Origin: Octopus sinensis
Lineage: Eukaryota
Assembly: GCF_006345805.1 (NCBI RefSeq)
Contig: NC_043000.1
Span: 159,526,001-159,590,000 of the forward strand
Direction of reading: 5' to 3'
Length of the DNA stretch: 64,000 nt
In this document: piece by piece, positions 12,812-25,647 of the stretch
Layout of the letters: every line of letters starts with the position of its first letter
How positions within the stretch are numbered: position 1 is the first letter of the stretch
Made by a program: the position numbers and the translations under genes
Notes under the pieces: generated by a model
Told to the model about the DNA's origin: nothing
What the model saw: the letters and a program-made list of their open reading frames with translations, nothing else
The model's database searches: none

Positions 12812-13714
12812 ACTTAGATAAATTTAGATATGTTTCGACCAAAGATTGGTCCAGGCCATGTCTAACTTAATAGCACCACCTGATAGGATTATTCGAATCC
12901 TGTTTAAGGCAAGTTTTGTTTTTGTTTAAGTCAAGTTTTGTTCAAGTAGTGAGTTCTTGTTGGGCGAGTTGTATCCAATTATGGGTGGCTTATCTGGTAT
13001 TCTTTAAAGGAATCTATCCAGACTCCGTTTAAAGTTGATGGGATCCTTTTCCTCTTTGATCTCCCTCGGAACAATGTTAAACAGAGCAGGGCCTGTTGAG
13101 GAAAAGAAATTATGTTGCAGTGTACATGTATGTTGTGATCTTGAATTGGGCAGGGGACGTATGGCCCGTGGTCCCAGTCTTGGATGAACCTTGAAGCTAA
13201 TGTTAAGGTCGTTTGGGCAAAGTTGGCGGTATATTTTCCACATCGTACAAATGATGTACCGCTCACGGCGACGCTGGAGGGAGTAAAGTTTCATGGCTTT
13301 AAGGCGATCCCAATAATCGAGAGCAGCCATGCCTTCAATTCGTTTAGTGAGTGCCCACTGGGGTGACTCAATTCTGGAGATGTTTTGTCTTGTATGGGGA
13401 GACCACAGTGGGCAGCAGTATTCAAGGTGTGGCCGTCCAAGGGAGGAAAAAAGTGTTATGATGACACCTTGTTCTCTGGACCGGAAAGTTCTTAAGATCC
13501 AGGAACTCATCCTACGAGCTATATCGACCTTCTTGTTGATGTGTGCACTCCAACTGAGATCGTCATCAACAATTACACCCAGGTCTCTGATATTGTTAGA
13601 GGCTGTGAGCGGTTCCCCTTAAGGAAGAGTGTATGGTTGTTTTAGTGAGGAATTTCTTCCAAAATTTTCCCTCATTCAGTTGCATTTTGTTTCTGTCTGC
13701 CCATTGACTCACAG

Positions 13715-13717
<3 letters not shown>
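12812..13717 (-). mobile_element. 5'-truncated CR1/L2-group LINE: RT C-terminus/thumb plus 3' UTR, frameshifted
   Basis: Three overlapping minus frames: [40 protein letters not shown] and WILRTF..PHLEYCCPLWSPH..LYSLQRRRERY..GPALFN. The 3' end has a stem-loop and TATCTAA repeats. Confidence 0.9.
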
Positions 13718-13755
<38 letters not shown>

Positions 13756-13801
13756 TATAAATACATGCATATATATATATATATATATATATACAAATAT
13801 A

Positions 13802-13843
<42 letters not shown>

Positions 13844-15801
13844 CATACATACGTATTTCTAAACTCATTATCACTTTAAAATATTTTTTTAAATATGCCA
13901 AAAAAAACCAAAATTATAATGGTATTCACTTGAAAATAAATTTTTTTTTAAATTAAAATATTTTCAGTTTAAAGGAAGCTAAAATATAAAAACTTACTGT
14001 GCAAACAACTTACATTTTTGAAATCACATTCACTTAAAAATATTTGTAAATGATTAAAACATTGTGTTTAACAAAAGTGAAAATAGAAACATTCACTGTA
14101 AAAAACAACTCGTGTTTTTTTCATTGACAAGTCACTAAGACTTTGCCCAACATAGTGTGTCTAACCGAAAGGTTAGAGTTTCTTCCCTTTCATGGTGAAA
14201 TAATTTTCGGAGTATTTTCCCCATTATACACCGTTTTGGATATTTCTGTCCCCCAAACCCCCAATATTTCAAGAAACATCCGATTTACGCGAAACGTGTT
14301 TTATTCTGTTTGTATTCACATTTCAGGGGCACTTAATTCATAGTATTTTCCCATTAAGCGCCAGTTTGGCTGTGTAGTATTGCAAGCAAGCAAAATCTGA
14401 AGTTCGGTTTTAATATAATACAGACACACACACACACACACATGGACATGTGTACAGACATATATATTGCTCTGCTTATATATCTATTACACGGGTTTTA
14501 TGAATAAATATATATGTGCATATGTGTGTGATGCATGCGTAAGTAATATCTTATTACCGATTTCCACCTTGTACTGTAACAGAATCTGGTCTCGGTGCAG
14601 TCGAGAAACAAATCCGAGTTGTATACCCAGTGCACCTACTCAATAACAAACTCTCGAATTGCAGTGCCTCAACATCCCTGCTCATTCACAGAGCGGCACA
14701 TTTGCACGCGCACTGAGAATCAGGAGCACTTTCGTCGGATGACAAAGTGACTTTCACAAAAACACACTGAATGGAACATTGACATCCAAAAGCACACAGA
14801 CGCAACACCATAGATGCAGACGGATGGACACGGCTTAAAAATGAAACGAACTCTTGCATGACAAGTGCCGAAAACTTAATTATTTCCTCGCCTCAAGACC
14901 TGCATACATACTCTTTGACTCATAGAATCTCACTGTTTCCTGCGCGAAGAAATACACGCTCTCTCTCTCTCTCTCTCGCACACACCCACATACACACACT
15001 ATTTATTATGCAATCACAATATTTCTGTCCGTCTTTCATTAACAGTCATATCTGTAGGTCATCTCTTTGGCTAACCGTCACCTCAAGCTTTCTAATAGAT
15101 TGTGTTGTGTTGACAGAAAGGAAGAGAGAAAGAGAGAGACAGAGGAAGAAAGAAAGAAAGAAAGAGAGGGAGAGAGGGGAGAGAAAGGGAGACATAGAGG
15201 GAGAGTGTATGTTTGTGTTTGAGTGTATGTAGATGTGTGCGTGTCTTTATTTCCCCGGTTTCTCTCTCTCTCTTTCTCTCTCTGTCGGTCTTTCTCTTCT
15301 TACTAGGTCACACCATTATTTCTCTTGCACACACAGACTCTCTCTCCCCCTCTCGCTCCCTATATCAATACATCTCGTCTCACAAATTATTCTTTCCCTT
15401 ATCCTACTATTTCATAAGGTAGAATTGATTGTCTTGTTTCTATACTTCTCGTTTCTTGACAAACACGTATGACATACAGTCTAAGGTTACCTTAAACAGC
15501 ATGTCTCATTAAATTGAAGTTGCACCTGCGCATAACCACACAACATAATTGCACACACACACACACACACACACACGCATACAAACGCTGTAAGATCACA
15601 TTGCATGATCAAAGATAACTGCACACAAAATTATAGATCAAAATATAGTGAAATAATAAAGTACAGAAGTTGGAAGAATGACTCGGAATAAGTAGATTGG
15701 CGGATACCTCAAGTTGCTTCGGCACTTAGATGACTGTACACACTCATACACACACATACATACATACGCACACAAACACACACAGTTCGCATTCAACATC
15801 T

Positions 15802-16215
15802 TATTTTCTTATTGCCCATAAGGGGCTAAACATAGAGGAGACAAACAAGGACAGACAAATGTATTAAGTCGATTATATCGACCCCAGTGCGTAACTGGTA
15901 CTTATTTAATTAACCCCGAAAGGATGAAAGGCAAAGTCAACCTCGGCGGAATTTGAACTCAGAACGTAACGGCAGACGAAATATCTATTTCTTTACTACC
16001 CACAAGGGGCTAAACACAGAGAGGACAAACAAGGACAGACAAACGGATTAAGTCGATTACATCGACCCCAGTGCGTAACTGGTCCTTAATTTATCGACCC
16101 CGAAAGGATGAAAGGCAAAGTCGACCTCGGCGGAATTTGAACTCAGAACGTAAAGTCAGACGAAATACGGTTACGCATTTCGCCCGGCGTGCTAACGTTT
16201 CTGCCAGCTCGCCGC
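15802..16215 (-). mobile_element. SINE family A tandem dimer
   Basis: Two consecutive copies (15802-15982 and 15986-16215); TSD GCATTCAACAT at 15789-15799 and 16219-16229 flanks the pair. Confidence 0.9.
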
Positions 16216-16754
16216 TTTGCATTCAACATTTTCTTATCGGTTTCTTGCCCTTCATTAGGTTTAGTAGAACAGTTATGTTACGAAGACGTAAACAAACCAA
16301 CACTAATTGTCAAGCAGTGATGGGCACACGCACACACACACATATATATATAAGTGTGTGTGCGTAAAATATTTAAGGCAGACTTCTACTTTTCTACAAG
16401 GTTTTTTCCAGCTCGATATTATTTCCATACTATTATTTAGAACTTTATATATACTTCGAAAACTAATTCTTAGAAGGAATTTGTATATATAAATATATGC
16501 ATTTCGTTTAAGCATAATGATAATAATAACCGAGTGTAGAACTCAATATACGTATCCTTTTGAGCGAACTGTTAGTCGAGTGCTGAGTGGAAATAAGACA
16601 AGTGATGACAAAGGAATAAACGATTATCCTACGAACTTCATAAGGTGTTATTCGGGCAGTCAACTATGAACAGACCGCATCATATAGGGGAAACAGCTGC
16701 AAGCTAATGAAGACCATAAGATAACCGTTTATGGCTTTTGTCATCTCTTCTCTT

Positions 16755-16836
16755 CATATATATATATATTATATATATATATATGAATAAGATAAGTTTT
16801 ATTTTTGAACGTAAAAATTAAAATCTTATACAATAC

Positions 16837-16882
<46 letters not shown>

Positions 16883-17015
16883 GATAGATAGTTAGATAGA
16901 TAGATATATATATATAGATAGATATATAGATATATAGACAGACAGACAGACAGGCAGACAGACAGACAGACAGGCAGATAGATAGATAGACAGATAGATA
17001 GATAGACAGACAGAT
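16755..17015. repeat. compound (TA)n/(GATA)n/(GACA)n microsatellite
   Basis: Directly visible. Confidence 0.95.
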
Positions 17016-17111
17016 AAAAAATTATGTGTTCAAATAAAAGTTTTACTGTGAAAATATTAGTGTATACTTTCATAGAGTGAGTTTTATTCAAAATATAGAA
17101 ATCAAATTTTA

Positions 17112-17180
17112 CTTTGATACTTTGATAGGTTTCGGCCATTATTGGCCCAGGCCATGTCTAACTTAATACCACCACCTGGT
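17112..17180 (-). mobile_element. 3' terminal stub of the same LINE family as 12812-13717
   Basis: GGTGGT..ATTAAGTTAGACATGGCCTGG is shared with 12840-12880; ends in (TATCAAAG)x2. Confidence 0.75.
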
Positions 17181-17503
17181 GAAAAGTTTTCATTTAAAAA
17201 AGTTTTTCTGAATATATTTTAGTGCATATTTTAACCAAATAAGTTTTACAGGAAAATGAAAATCACATTTAACTAACCCGTTTACGCTGAACATAGCCCC
17301 TCAAAGTTTAAAGTATGCTCTTTAATGCATTTTTATACCATGTGGTGAAAGAAGCAAGGTATTTAAGTTTCTTAATACAGAAATGTAGTTTATGATTTTT
17401 GTAGGACGAGAGACATACCTGTTACTTTGTATGTTTCATGTCACTTTATGTTCTTTTCATATACTGGTTAATGTATTCGGAAAGTAATAGTTTTATTTAA
17501 ACA

Positions 17504-17676
17504 GAGGCGGCAAGCTGGCAGATTCGTTGTCCGTCTTTGCGTTCTAAGTTCAAATTCCGCCTTTCTTCCATTCGAGATCCATAAAACAAGTACCAGTGGA
17601 GCACTGGGGTCGGTTGAGTTGACGAACCCCCTCCTCAGAAGTTTCTGCCCTTGTGCCTAAATTTGAAATCAATATT
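17504..17676 (+). mobile_element. degenerate SINE family A variant
   Basis: Head GGCGGCAAGCTGGCAGA, B-box-like AGTTCAAATTCC, AAGTACCAG..TGGGGTC; internal deletions. Confidence 0.7.
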
Positions 17677-18378
17677 TTTACTTCTACAGAAGAGGTTCTT
17701 TTAAGAGAGAGAGAAGGCGAAAGAGAGAGAGAGAGACGGGTGCTAATTGAAATACCAAATAAAAATATAAAGGAACAAATTTTCGTTTTTACAAAAAAAT
17801 GCTTACTCCTCCACCACCACCAATATAAAAAAATCCTACACATTTATAATATATGTTTGTATATAAGGGCATCTGTTCTTATTGAAAGTACAAAAAATCA
17901 GAATGCCATATAATATGGGAAAAAAAGACCTAAATGGATTATAAAAATCACACACCAGAACAACCTACGTGGTTCTTATTCAACACTGCAACTATTTAAC
18001 GATCATAATCCATAGCGTGAAGGAAACCCCATTGCTTTGAACAGCCCACAATGTCCCCCGCCTTTGAAACTGCAGTCGATCTTTTTTGGTTATTTGCCAA
18101 AACGACCTCAGCTAATTTTGCAGTATCCTTCTTTACTCCACTTCTTAACTACGATGTTTTGTGAGAAGAACAACCAAGGGGAAGTAGCGATAAGATGTTT
18201 CTGCGTGTGCTTGACTGGCGTTACGATTCGATATCGAGTCGATACGAATTGAATCAACACAAATTCAGTTTTTAAAATAAAAAAATATTCTTATATGCTA
18301 ACAAAAAAAATTGCAACCGTTACTACGAACGACAAAGAAAATATGTTTACACAAGGAAGAAAATTCGAAGATTATATT

Positions 18379-18599
18379 TATTTCTTTACTGCCCACAAGG
18401 GGCTAAACATAGAGGAGACAAACAAAGGGATTAAGTCAATTACATCGACTCCAGTGCGAAACTGGTACTTATTTAATCGACCCCGAAAGGATGAAAGGCA
18501 AAGTTGACCTCCGCAGAATTTGAACTCAGAACGTAACCGCAGACGAAAAACCGCTAAACATTTCGCCCGGCGTGCTAACGATTCTGCCAGCACGCCACC
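18379..18599 (-). mobile_element. SINE family A
   Basis: Full body; TSD AAATTCGAAG(A/G)TTATAT at 18361-18377 and 18603-18619. Confidence 0.9.
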
Positions 18600-19152
18600 A
18601 GTAAATTCGAAGGTTATATGTCATATTATTGAACCGGATATAACTCTAGTCGCCATCATGTATTTCTTGGAGTTATCTGGCTTGGATGTGTTACTGCCAC
18701 CGCCGCCATCGTCGTCGTACATTGTCTTGGTGCTGCGGACATTGCTTTCTGTTTCTCTGCTGCTATCTACAGTCTAGTGGTTTAAAAAGTGCTGAATATA
18801 TAAAAAGTGCTGAATATATAGCCAACGTTCTTGTCAGAAAATTCACACCAAGGATGGAGTTATTTATTACCATAAATTTGAATGAATCGTTAGCATTTTG
18901 AAGACGTCAGCAATATTTCAGCAAATGGCGTTCGTGATTTTTAATTGATTTTGAATCAGATACAGTTGTAAAGGTTCAAGTTTTGCTTTGCAGCTTCTAG
19001 ATATTCCTCACTGTACACACTAGATAAATCACCTCATAAACTATTCTTTCCATTCTACAAGGGTCAACGGCCACGCACACATATACCGCAAGTGCAAAAC
19101 TTCTTCGAGTGGCTTCAAATTAAAAAAAGACACTGACCTTTACACTATAGCA

Positions 19153-20554
19153 TCTATAATCTTGCTATAATGGGTGTTATGTCCGTCTGTCTGTCCCTCT
19201 GTTCCCTTTTCACGGTCAAACGGCTGGACCAATGGTCACGATGTTTTTCGGGATTACGAAGGGGGTAATCAGGAAGGTTTTTAGCGAAAAACAAATGTGA
19301 AAAAGTATGATTATTTTGTGGGTACCGAGTTTTGTATTAATAAATCCCCTTTGATATTTTTTTGTCAAAATTCCGGCGACGAGGATTAACTCTGGATTCC
19401 CCCACCCCCGTATAGTTCGTGAATTCAGAGGGTTTAGATTTGCGATATTATCCCTTTATTTATCATCGCAGATGGGCAGATTTGCTACATTACTATAATG
19501 GGTGTTACATCTGTCTGTCTGTCCGTCTCTTTGTCTGTTCCCTCTTCACGGCCAGACGGCTGGACCAATGGTTACGATATTTTTCGGGGATTACAAAGGT
19601 AGACGTCAGGAAGATTTTTGGCATTAAGAAATCAGGAAGTATGATTATTTCGTGGATACCGATTTTTGAATTGAAAAACCACCTTCACATTTTCATTAAA
19701 AATTTACCGACCACGAGAAACTCTGAATTTTCATCGTATACTTCGTAGCTCCATCGTAGATACGAAGGGGGTCACGAGGACGATTAATAGCGAAAATAAA
19801 ATGGAAAAAGTGTGTGTCAGTATATTGTGTGTGTAATTATTTAGTGGTTTCTGAAGTTTGTTGGTCTCGAACAGGATTCGAGACGGCTAATCGAAGCGGC
19901 TGTTGTTTACAGCTCAGTTTCGTCAATCAAAATAACCCATGGTACCAGAACATCCAGATATTATTCGCATAGAACAGTGAGAGGTGAGTTTTAGTTTAGT
20001 TTTTATTAACTCTGATGTTTACACACGTCGCTATGAATAGAGCAACGGACTCCAGTTATTTAAAAATGAATGTCGACCAAACAGAAAATATCTAGAAAGA
20101 AGTTTTGAAATCATATTAATATAATCGAAAAGAATAAGATTCATAATTTAACTAAGGAAATTTGAGAACGTTGAATGTATTAGAGTATTAACAAGCGTAA
20201 AAATATTGTAAAAACCTAAAATAAAAGTATAACTAAATAATATTTTATTAATACATTTTATGTAGTGGTCGAAGGAAGCTGCGGCTTTCGTTAGGAGTGG
20301 TCCACATAACCATTCATGATACAGAGGCTGGGAGCCTATTTCAGTTCCGGAGCGAGTCGTCATCACATATCACTTAGTCGAAAACACATGTCATATAGCT
20401 GCAATAGAACGCTGTATCATCAACAATAATGTGATTTCTGTAAGACATCACCCAGTAATCTACCAAGTCCATTTACACACTTCTCAATACACACTGCTGC
20501 TATGTCTTCCCTCCCTCAATTTATGCCTCCATCGTCGATGGGTAGATTTGCTAG
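19153..20554 (+). mobile_element. head-to-tail non-autonomous Helitron units
   Basis: 5' A|TCTATAATCTTG; unit 1 at 19153-19488 with an eroded end (GATTTGCTAC); unit 2 from about 19490; 3' hairpin CCATCG-T-CGATGG followed by GATTTG-CTAG|T at 20551-20555. Confidence 0.7.
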
Positions 20555-22199
20555 TTTTAATTAATGCGAATAGATCAAATCTGCATACTTATTAATTTAT
20601 CTCCCCCTTCTCTCTCTCTCTCCTATCTCCTTCATACACATATCCAAACTCATTCATCTTCTCCTCCACTCGTCACTCAGAATGAGTCCACCAAAGTCTG
20701 CCAACCCTTCCTCCTTAGAACTTCGTCTTTCTAAAGTTCTGTTCCTGTACACGGTTACCTGCAGTCTTCGAAATGTAGCTTTTCAATCGGAAGTTTAATG
20801 GCATAAACCGCTTTTATCTCTGAGGGCATGGAAAGGACATGGACAAATCCTCCTCCTTGGCACCAAACTAATAAATAAATATTTATAACTTCGGTTGTAT
20901 GGTGAAGAAGCTCAATTTGGAGCCATCTGGTTTCGAGTTCAGCCCTCTTGCGCGGTACGTTCGCAAATGTCTTCTTCTATGGCTCCAAGTCAATCAGTCC
21001 CTTGTAAGTGAAATTGATAGATAGAAACTGTGAAAGCCAATCATTTACGTATGTTCCGGTGGGTGCGCGTGTCTCTCTGTGACTGGGAGTCTGTTTTTTC
21101 ATGTGTATCTTTCTGTATCTGTGGGTGCCTTAGAGTGTATGCGTACATTTCATATATAACTCATTCCTTCGTCCAACAAAATATATTGTTTCATCCATTT
21201 TGTCATTTTGTTGGTCTTTAGTCAAAGTGGCCAGATATAGAGATTGTTGTAACTTGTTAGCCCCTAGAATAAGTGTGTGTGTTTCTGTCCTCCCACCACT
21301 TGACAACCGGTGTTGGTTTGTATACATCTCCGTAGCTTAGTGATTCGGTAGAAAGAGATCGATAGAATAAGTACTCGACCTAAAAGAAAATTAGTACCAG
21401 TTGAAATAGTCCGACTAAAACCCTTCAAGGTGCTTTCCCACCTTGGCCGTGAACAAGTAGAATATAGAAGATAAAACGCACTCGTACAAGCGAAGGAAGT
21501 AATTCAGTCTAAAGTAACACCGGGTTTTATCGTTCGTACGATAAGCTTTTAACAATTTTACATCTCTGTTTCGTCGTTACAGTCTAAATGAGAATAAGAA
21601 AGAGTTACAAAGGAAGCCTGTTGAGTGCATTAGATTTCGCCCTAGTACAACCGATTCGAGCTTCCGTTCAGACAAGTTCAGGCGAAACATATAATTTATA
21701 TGGGGTGTAATTCTATCTTTATCGATTCACTGAACTAGACCTTCAGATTATGTCGTCGAGGACGATGAAGTCTCAGTGAATGCCCTTCACCGACATACAG
21801 AACTATACTCTGTTGAGTATTTGTAAGAAAATCAAGGATATAGTGACATCAACATTCACTGTTTCACTTCTGTCTTTATCTCTACCCGTCCATCATTCTC
21901 CACACTCACGTGAACCTACTCATCCATCCTTGCTTGATAATCGGTCCATATTATCTCTTCATCTATTGTCTTGTACCTTGATTGTACATCTTGTTACCTC
22001 ATTTCCACCGTCCTTTCTTTCTTGACTGCTGGAGTAGCCATGTATCTCTACTACAGAAAGATACCTGTTCCTGTCTCACAATCCTACCTATGTCTCACAA
22101 CAGCTGGCACAAAACTGCTTCCCTCAATAAAGGGTCCCCACTTTGTAAAGGGTCCCCACTTTGTAAAGGGTCTGGCCATGAGAGTTGTTTGATTAATCA

Positions 22200-22392
22200 C
22201 TAGTACCGGTGCCACGAAGTAAGCACCTACGCACTCTGTAAAGTGGCTGGTGTTGGGAAAGGCATCCAACCGTAGGAACCTTGCCAAAGTAGGCATCGGA
22301 AGCCAACGCGGCCTTCAGACAAATCGGACCTTGTCGAAACGTACAACACACGCCAGCATGGAATACAGATTTTTAAATGATGATGATAATTA
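22200..22392 (+). mobile_element. 3' part of an RTE-tail SINE or LINE
   Basis: GGCATCCAACCGTAG..GCCAGCATGGAA..TTAAATGATGATGAT ending in (GAT)n; family assignment is from memory. Confidence 0.55.
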
Positions 22393-23559
22393 TATAAACA
22401 AAAATCGAAACTAAACATAAATGACTAACATTAAGTATATGGCCGAGGTTGACCTTTTCTAACCTCAGGGAATTTACGAACCACCTGATCTATGATCCAA
22501 GATATTTCAGCCTTAACCATTGAAAATCTCTGTGTATCAAGAGTTATAATATCGAAAGAGTCTTTCCTACTTTTAAGACGGTATATCATGAGCTATACAA
22601 GTGTGGTTTGTTCGTTTACAAGTGTATATTCGTAAGACATTAAAAATTTAATTACTGCAGTTAAACTACGGGATAGCGCATTGTTTTTCAACAAGTGTTT
22701 ACCAGTGCACAATATTATCACAAGTTGTGAAAGTAAATAATAATATTAAAAATTTTACAGTTAGAATAGCTGATGTACAGCTGTAATGCATCATGTTCGG
22801 CCAAGTGTTATAACTGTAGTGTATGTGTGTATGTATGTGTGTATGTGTGTATATATATATATATATCATATATGCAATTCAAACATACATACACACACGC
22901 CCATACACTCCTATTCACACACACACACACACACACACATACACGCCGCGCACCACACACATACTTGTGTATGCTGATTTGAATTGTCTGTGCATTCGAG
23001 AACGTGGGAGGAGCCATGGATACCTACGGCAGCACGTTGGTTGGTGCAGCAATTTGCATATGCATGTATGCTGTATGTGTTGCAGGAATGTTGGAAATAT
23101 TGGAAATTGTGTTTGCAGCTGAAATGCAACTTTATGCAGCTGCGTTTTGTGACTTAGCAGTTTGTGTTAAGTATGCATGCGCTTGATTTATGTATCCCTA
23201 TATGTATGCGTAAGCCTGCATAATTGTGTAATGCATGTGTGTAGGTATGTGTGTGTGGTGTGTGTATACGTGTGTATACGTGCGCGCGCGTGTACATCTG
23301 AATGGTTAACCTGTTTGCTTTACAACCACGAGGAACAGGGTTCTATTTTTATGGCATCTTGGGCAAATGTCATTCTCTCGCCTCAGACGGCCCCATAACT
23401 TAAGAGTGAAATTTGGCAGATGGAAATTGTATAAAAGCTTTTTGAGTGGTTTCTGGCTGAGAATTACATTACGGATACAATTGTCTGTGGAATGCTCCAC
23501 CGCTTACATGTATTCAGAGGCAAGTAATTCAGTTGGTCAAATAACTAAATCCTCATCGC

Positions 23560-23935
23560 CGAACGATGATTGCTTCTCAACAACGTGATTCCGGGTTCTA
23601 TCTCACTACGTGACACCTCGTGCAAGTGTATTCTATAATAGCTTCGTGCCGACCAAAGGCTTGTTAGTGGATTGGGTAGAAGGAAACGGAAATATGCCCG
23701 TCGTATTTATATATGTATATCTATATGTTTGTGTGTATCTTTGTGTTAGTGTTTGTACCATACCACCGCTTGACAACTGGAATTAGTGTCTTTATGTCTC
23801 TGTAACCTACCGGTTCGGCAAACGAGACCAATAGAAGAAGTACCAGGGTTACAAAAGAGAGTACTGGGGTCGATTCGTTCAACAAAGGTTTTTTCAAGGC
23901 GATGCCCCACAATAGCCGCATGACTGAAACATGAA
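23560..23935 (+). mobile_element. SINE family B, diverged
   Basis: Collinear similarity to 30341-30780. Confidence 0.78.
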
Positions 23936-23967
23936 TGCGTGTGTGTGTGTGTATGTATGTATGTATG

Positions 23968-24035
<68 letters not shown>

Positions 24036-24196
24036 AAGAGATAAAGAGAGAGGTACAGAGAGAGAGAGAGAGAAAGAGAGAGAGTGCAGTATCTTTATGT
24101 GTGATAAGTGGAATGGCCGAGTAGCTAATAACTTCGCATTGCAAACATGAATTCTCTGATTCGATCCCACTGGCGGGTTTGAGAGGTAAGTGTGTA

Positions 24197-24414
24197 CGAG
24201 GGGATACTGAAAAGTTCCTAGCTTTAAGGGTGACACGAAAGGCCTGGGTGGAGGCCCAACCTTCCGAGTTCTTTTACAGGGCTTAGAAAAACCGAAAGAC
24301 CGCTGTAATAAGTGTGCTAATCTGAGAGCAGAATATGTTGAATTAAATCGTAATTAGCTGATCTTCCTCTACTTTCTTTAACCTAAAGCCAGAAATTTCT
24401 TCAGCAACCCCTTG
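24197..24414 (+). mobile_element. mariner internal-deletion derivative (MITE), copy 2
   Basis: TA|CGAGGGGATACTGAAAAGTTCCT ... TTTCTTCAGCAACCCCTTG|TA; internal frame LQGLEKPKDRCNKCANLRAEYVE matches the mariner transposase C-terminus. Confidence 0.85.
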
Positions 24415-25055
24415 TATTTATCATAGTCTGGGTTTGATTCTAATTTTGTGTGTGACTTTCAGTATACCAAAACTGCGCGCAAGACCATCGGACTGATTCT
24501 GCCTGTCATTAAGGTTCATCCGCGCTACATATTTTGCTAGGCTGATTCGATTTGAGAATGACATAAATAAGTGACTGTGTCTGTGCAATAGTCAGTCATA
24601 CATACTTCAATTTCAAAGCCGGACGTTTAGTTACTCGTACAATTATTTACCTATCATTGTAACCGAAGCAGGAACCGTCATGTGTGATACACAGAACAAT
24701 TGATTTATACATACACCACAAGTCTCCATAGATTGTTTCAGTACGTATGACACAAGTGCGAACTTTAAAACAGGTTATATAAAACCAGTAAGGTATGCTT
24801 GGCGATGTTTCTAATTTCGAGTTAAAGGTAAACCGATGGAGAAATCTTTTACAAGAAATATCTAACTTAACAGTCCATATTGGAATATGACAAAAACTAA
24901 CACAATCTGGCATTTCAATAAAGATTAATGTCACAAAATTTTCAACGTCAAATACCAATACTGTTTAGTCAAAGAGGAATGTGTTTGGAAATTTAGTAGA
25001 ACACTAGAGAAAATGTATCATGGTATTTCGTTGCAATTGTTTAAGTTCTGATTTA

Positions 25056-25356
25056 TAACCACAACGCCATATGCCCCACGGGTATATGGCGTTGTGGTTA
25101 AGAGTGCGGGCTGCTAACCCCAAGATTCCGAGTTCGATTCCAAGCAGTGACCTGAATAATAATAATAATAATAACAATAATATACCATCGAAAAATACCT
25201 GAGGAATGAGAACCCAGGTTCGAAATTTCCCCAAGATATCTGATGAAGGCTGGAGGGTATATCAGCCGAAACGTTGTGTTAACAACAAACAAGATGAAGA
25301 CAAATATCCGTGAAATGTAAATAATGTACATAATTCCCCATCTTTTAAACATAGAA
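25056..25356 (+). mobile_element. tRNA-headed non-autonomous retroelement with 5' foldback and hammerhead motif
   Basis: A box TGGCGTTGTGG 25087-25097, B box GAGTTCGATTCC 25130-25141, (AAT)n spacer, hammerhead core 25235-25280. Confidence 0.75.
25235..25280 (+). ncRNA. minimal type I hammerhead ribozyme-like motif
   Basis: Stem I GATAT/GTGTT (three G-U pairs), CTGATGA 25240-25246 plus an extra A, stem II GGCTG/CAGCC, GAAA 25268-25271, palindromic AACGTT stem III; predicted cut after 25275 (GUU). Confidence 0.55.
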
Positions 25357-25647
25357 CAAAATTAAAATGATAAAAGGGATTCTTAATTCATCCATTATAT
25401 AAGTTATTTGTTTTATTATAATTGTTGCTATTATTATTATAGTCCTAAAATTTATAGGTAGTGTGTCTACTGAGTTTCATGTTTCAATTTACCAAATTTA
25501 ATATTAATTGAGGTTTCATGTATCGGGCATACTGACTGACTTTTGAGTAGTGACAGTACAATCAGACTAAGTAGTTTGTTACAAACTTGCAGTAGTGAGT
25601 GAGTCGTCTTCTCAGTATTTTTATTGTATGATAGGCAAGACATTTAG

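Noticed and set aside
14560-14900. GC-richer unique segment that might be a promoter or 5' UTR
   Set aside because: No diagnostic core promoter motif or open frame; cannot be supported from sequence alone.
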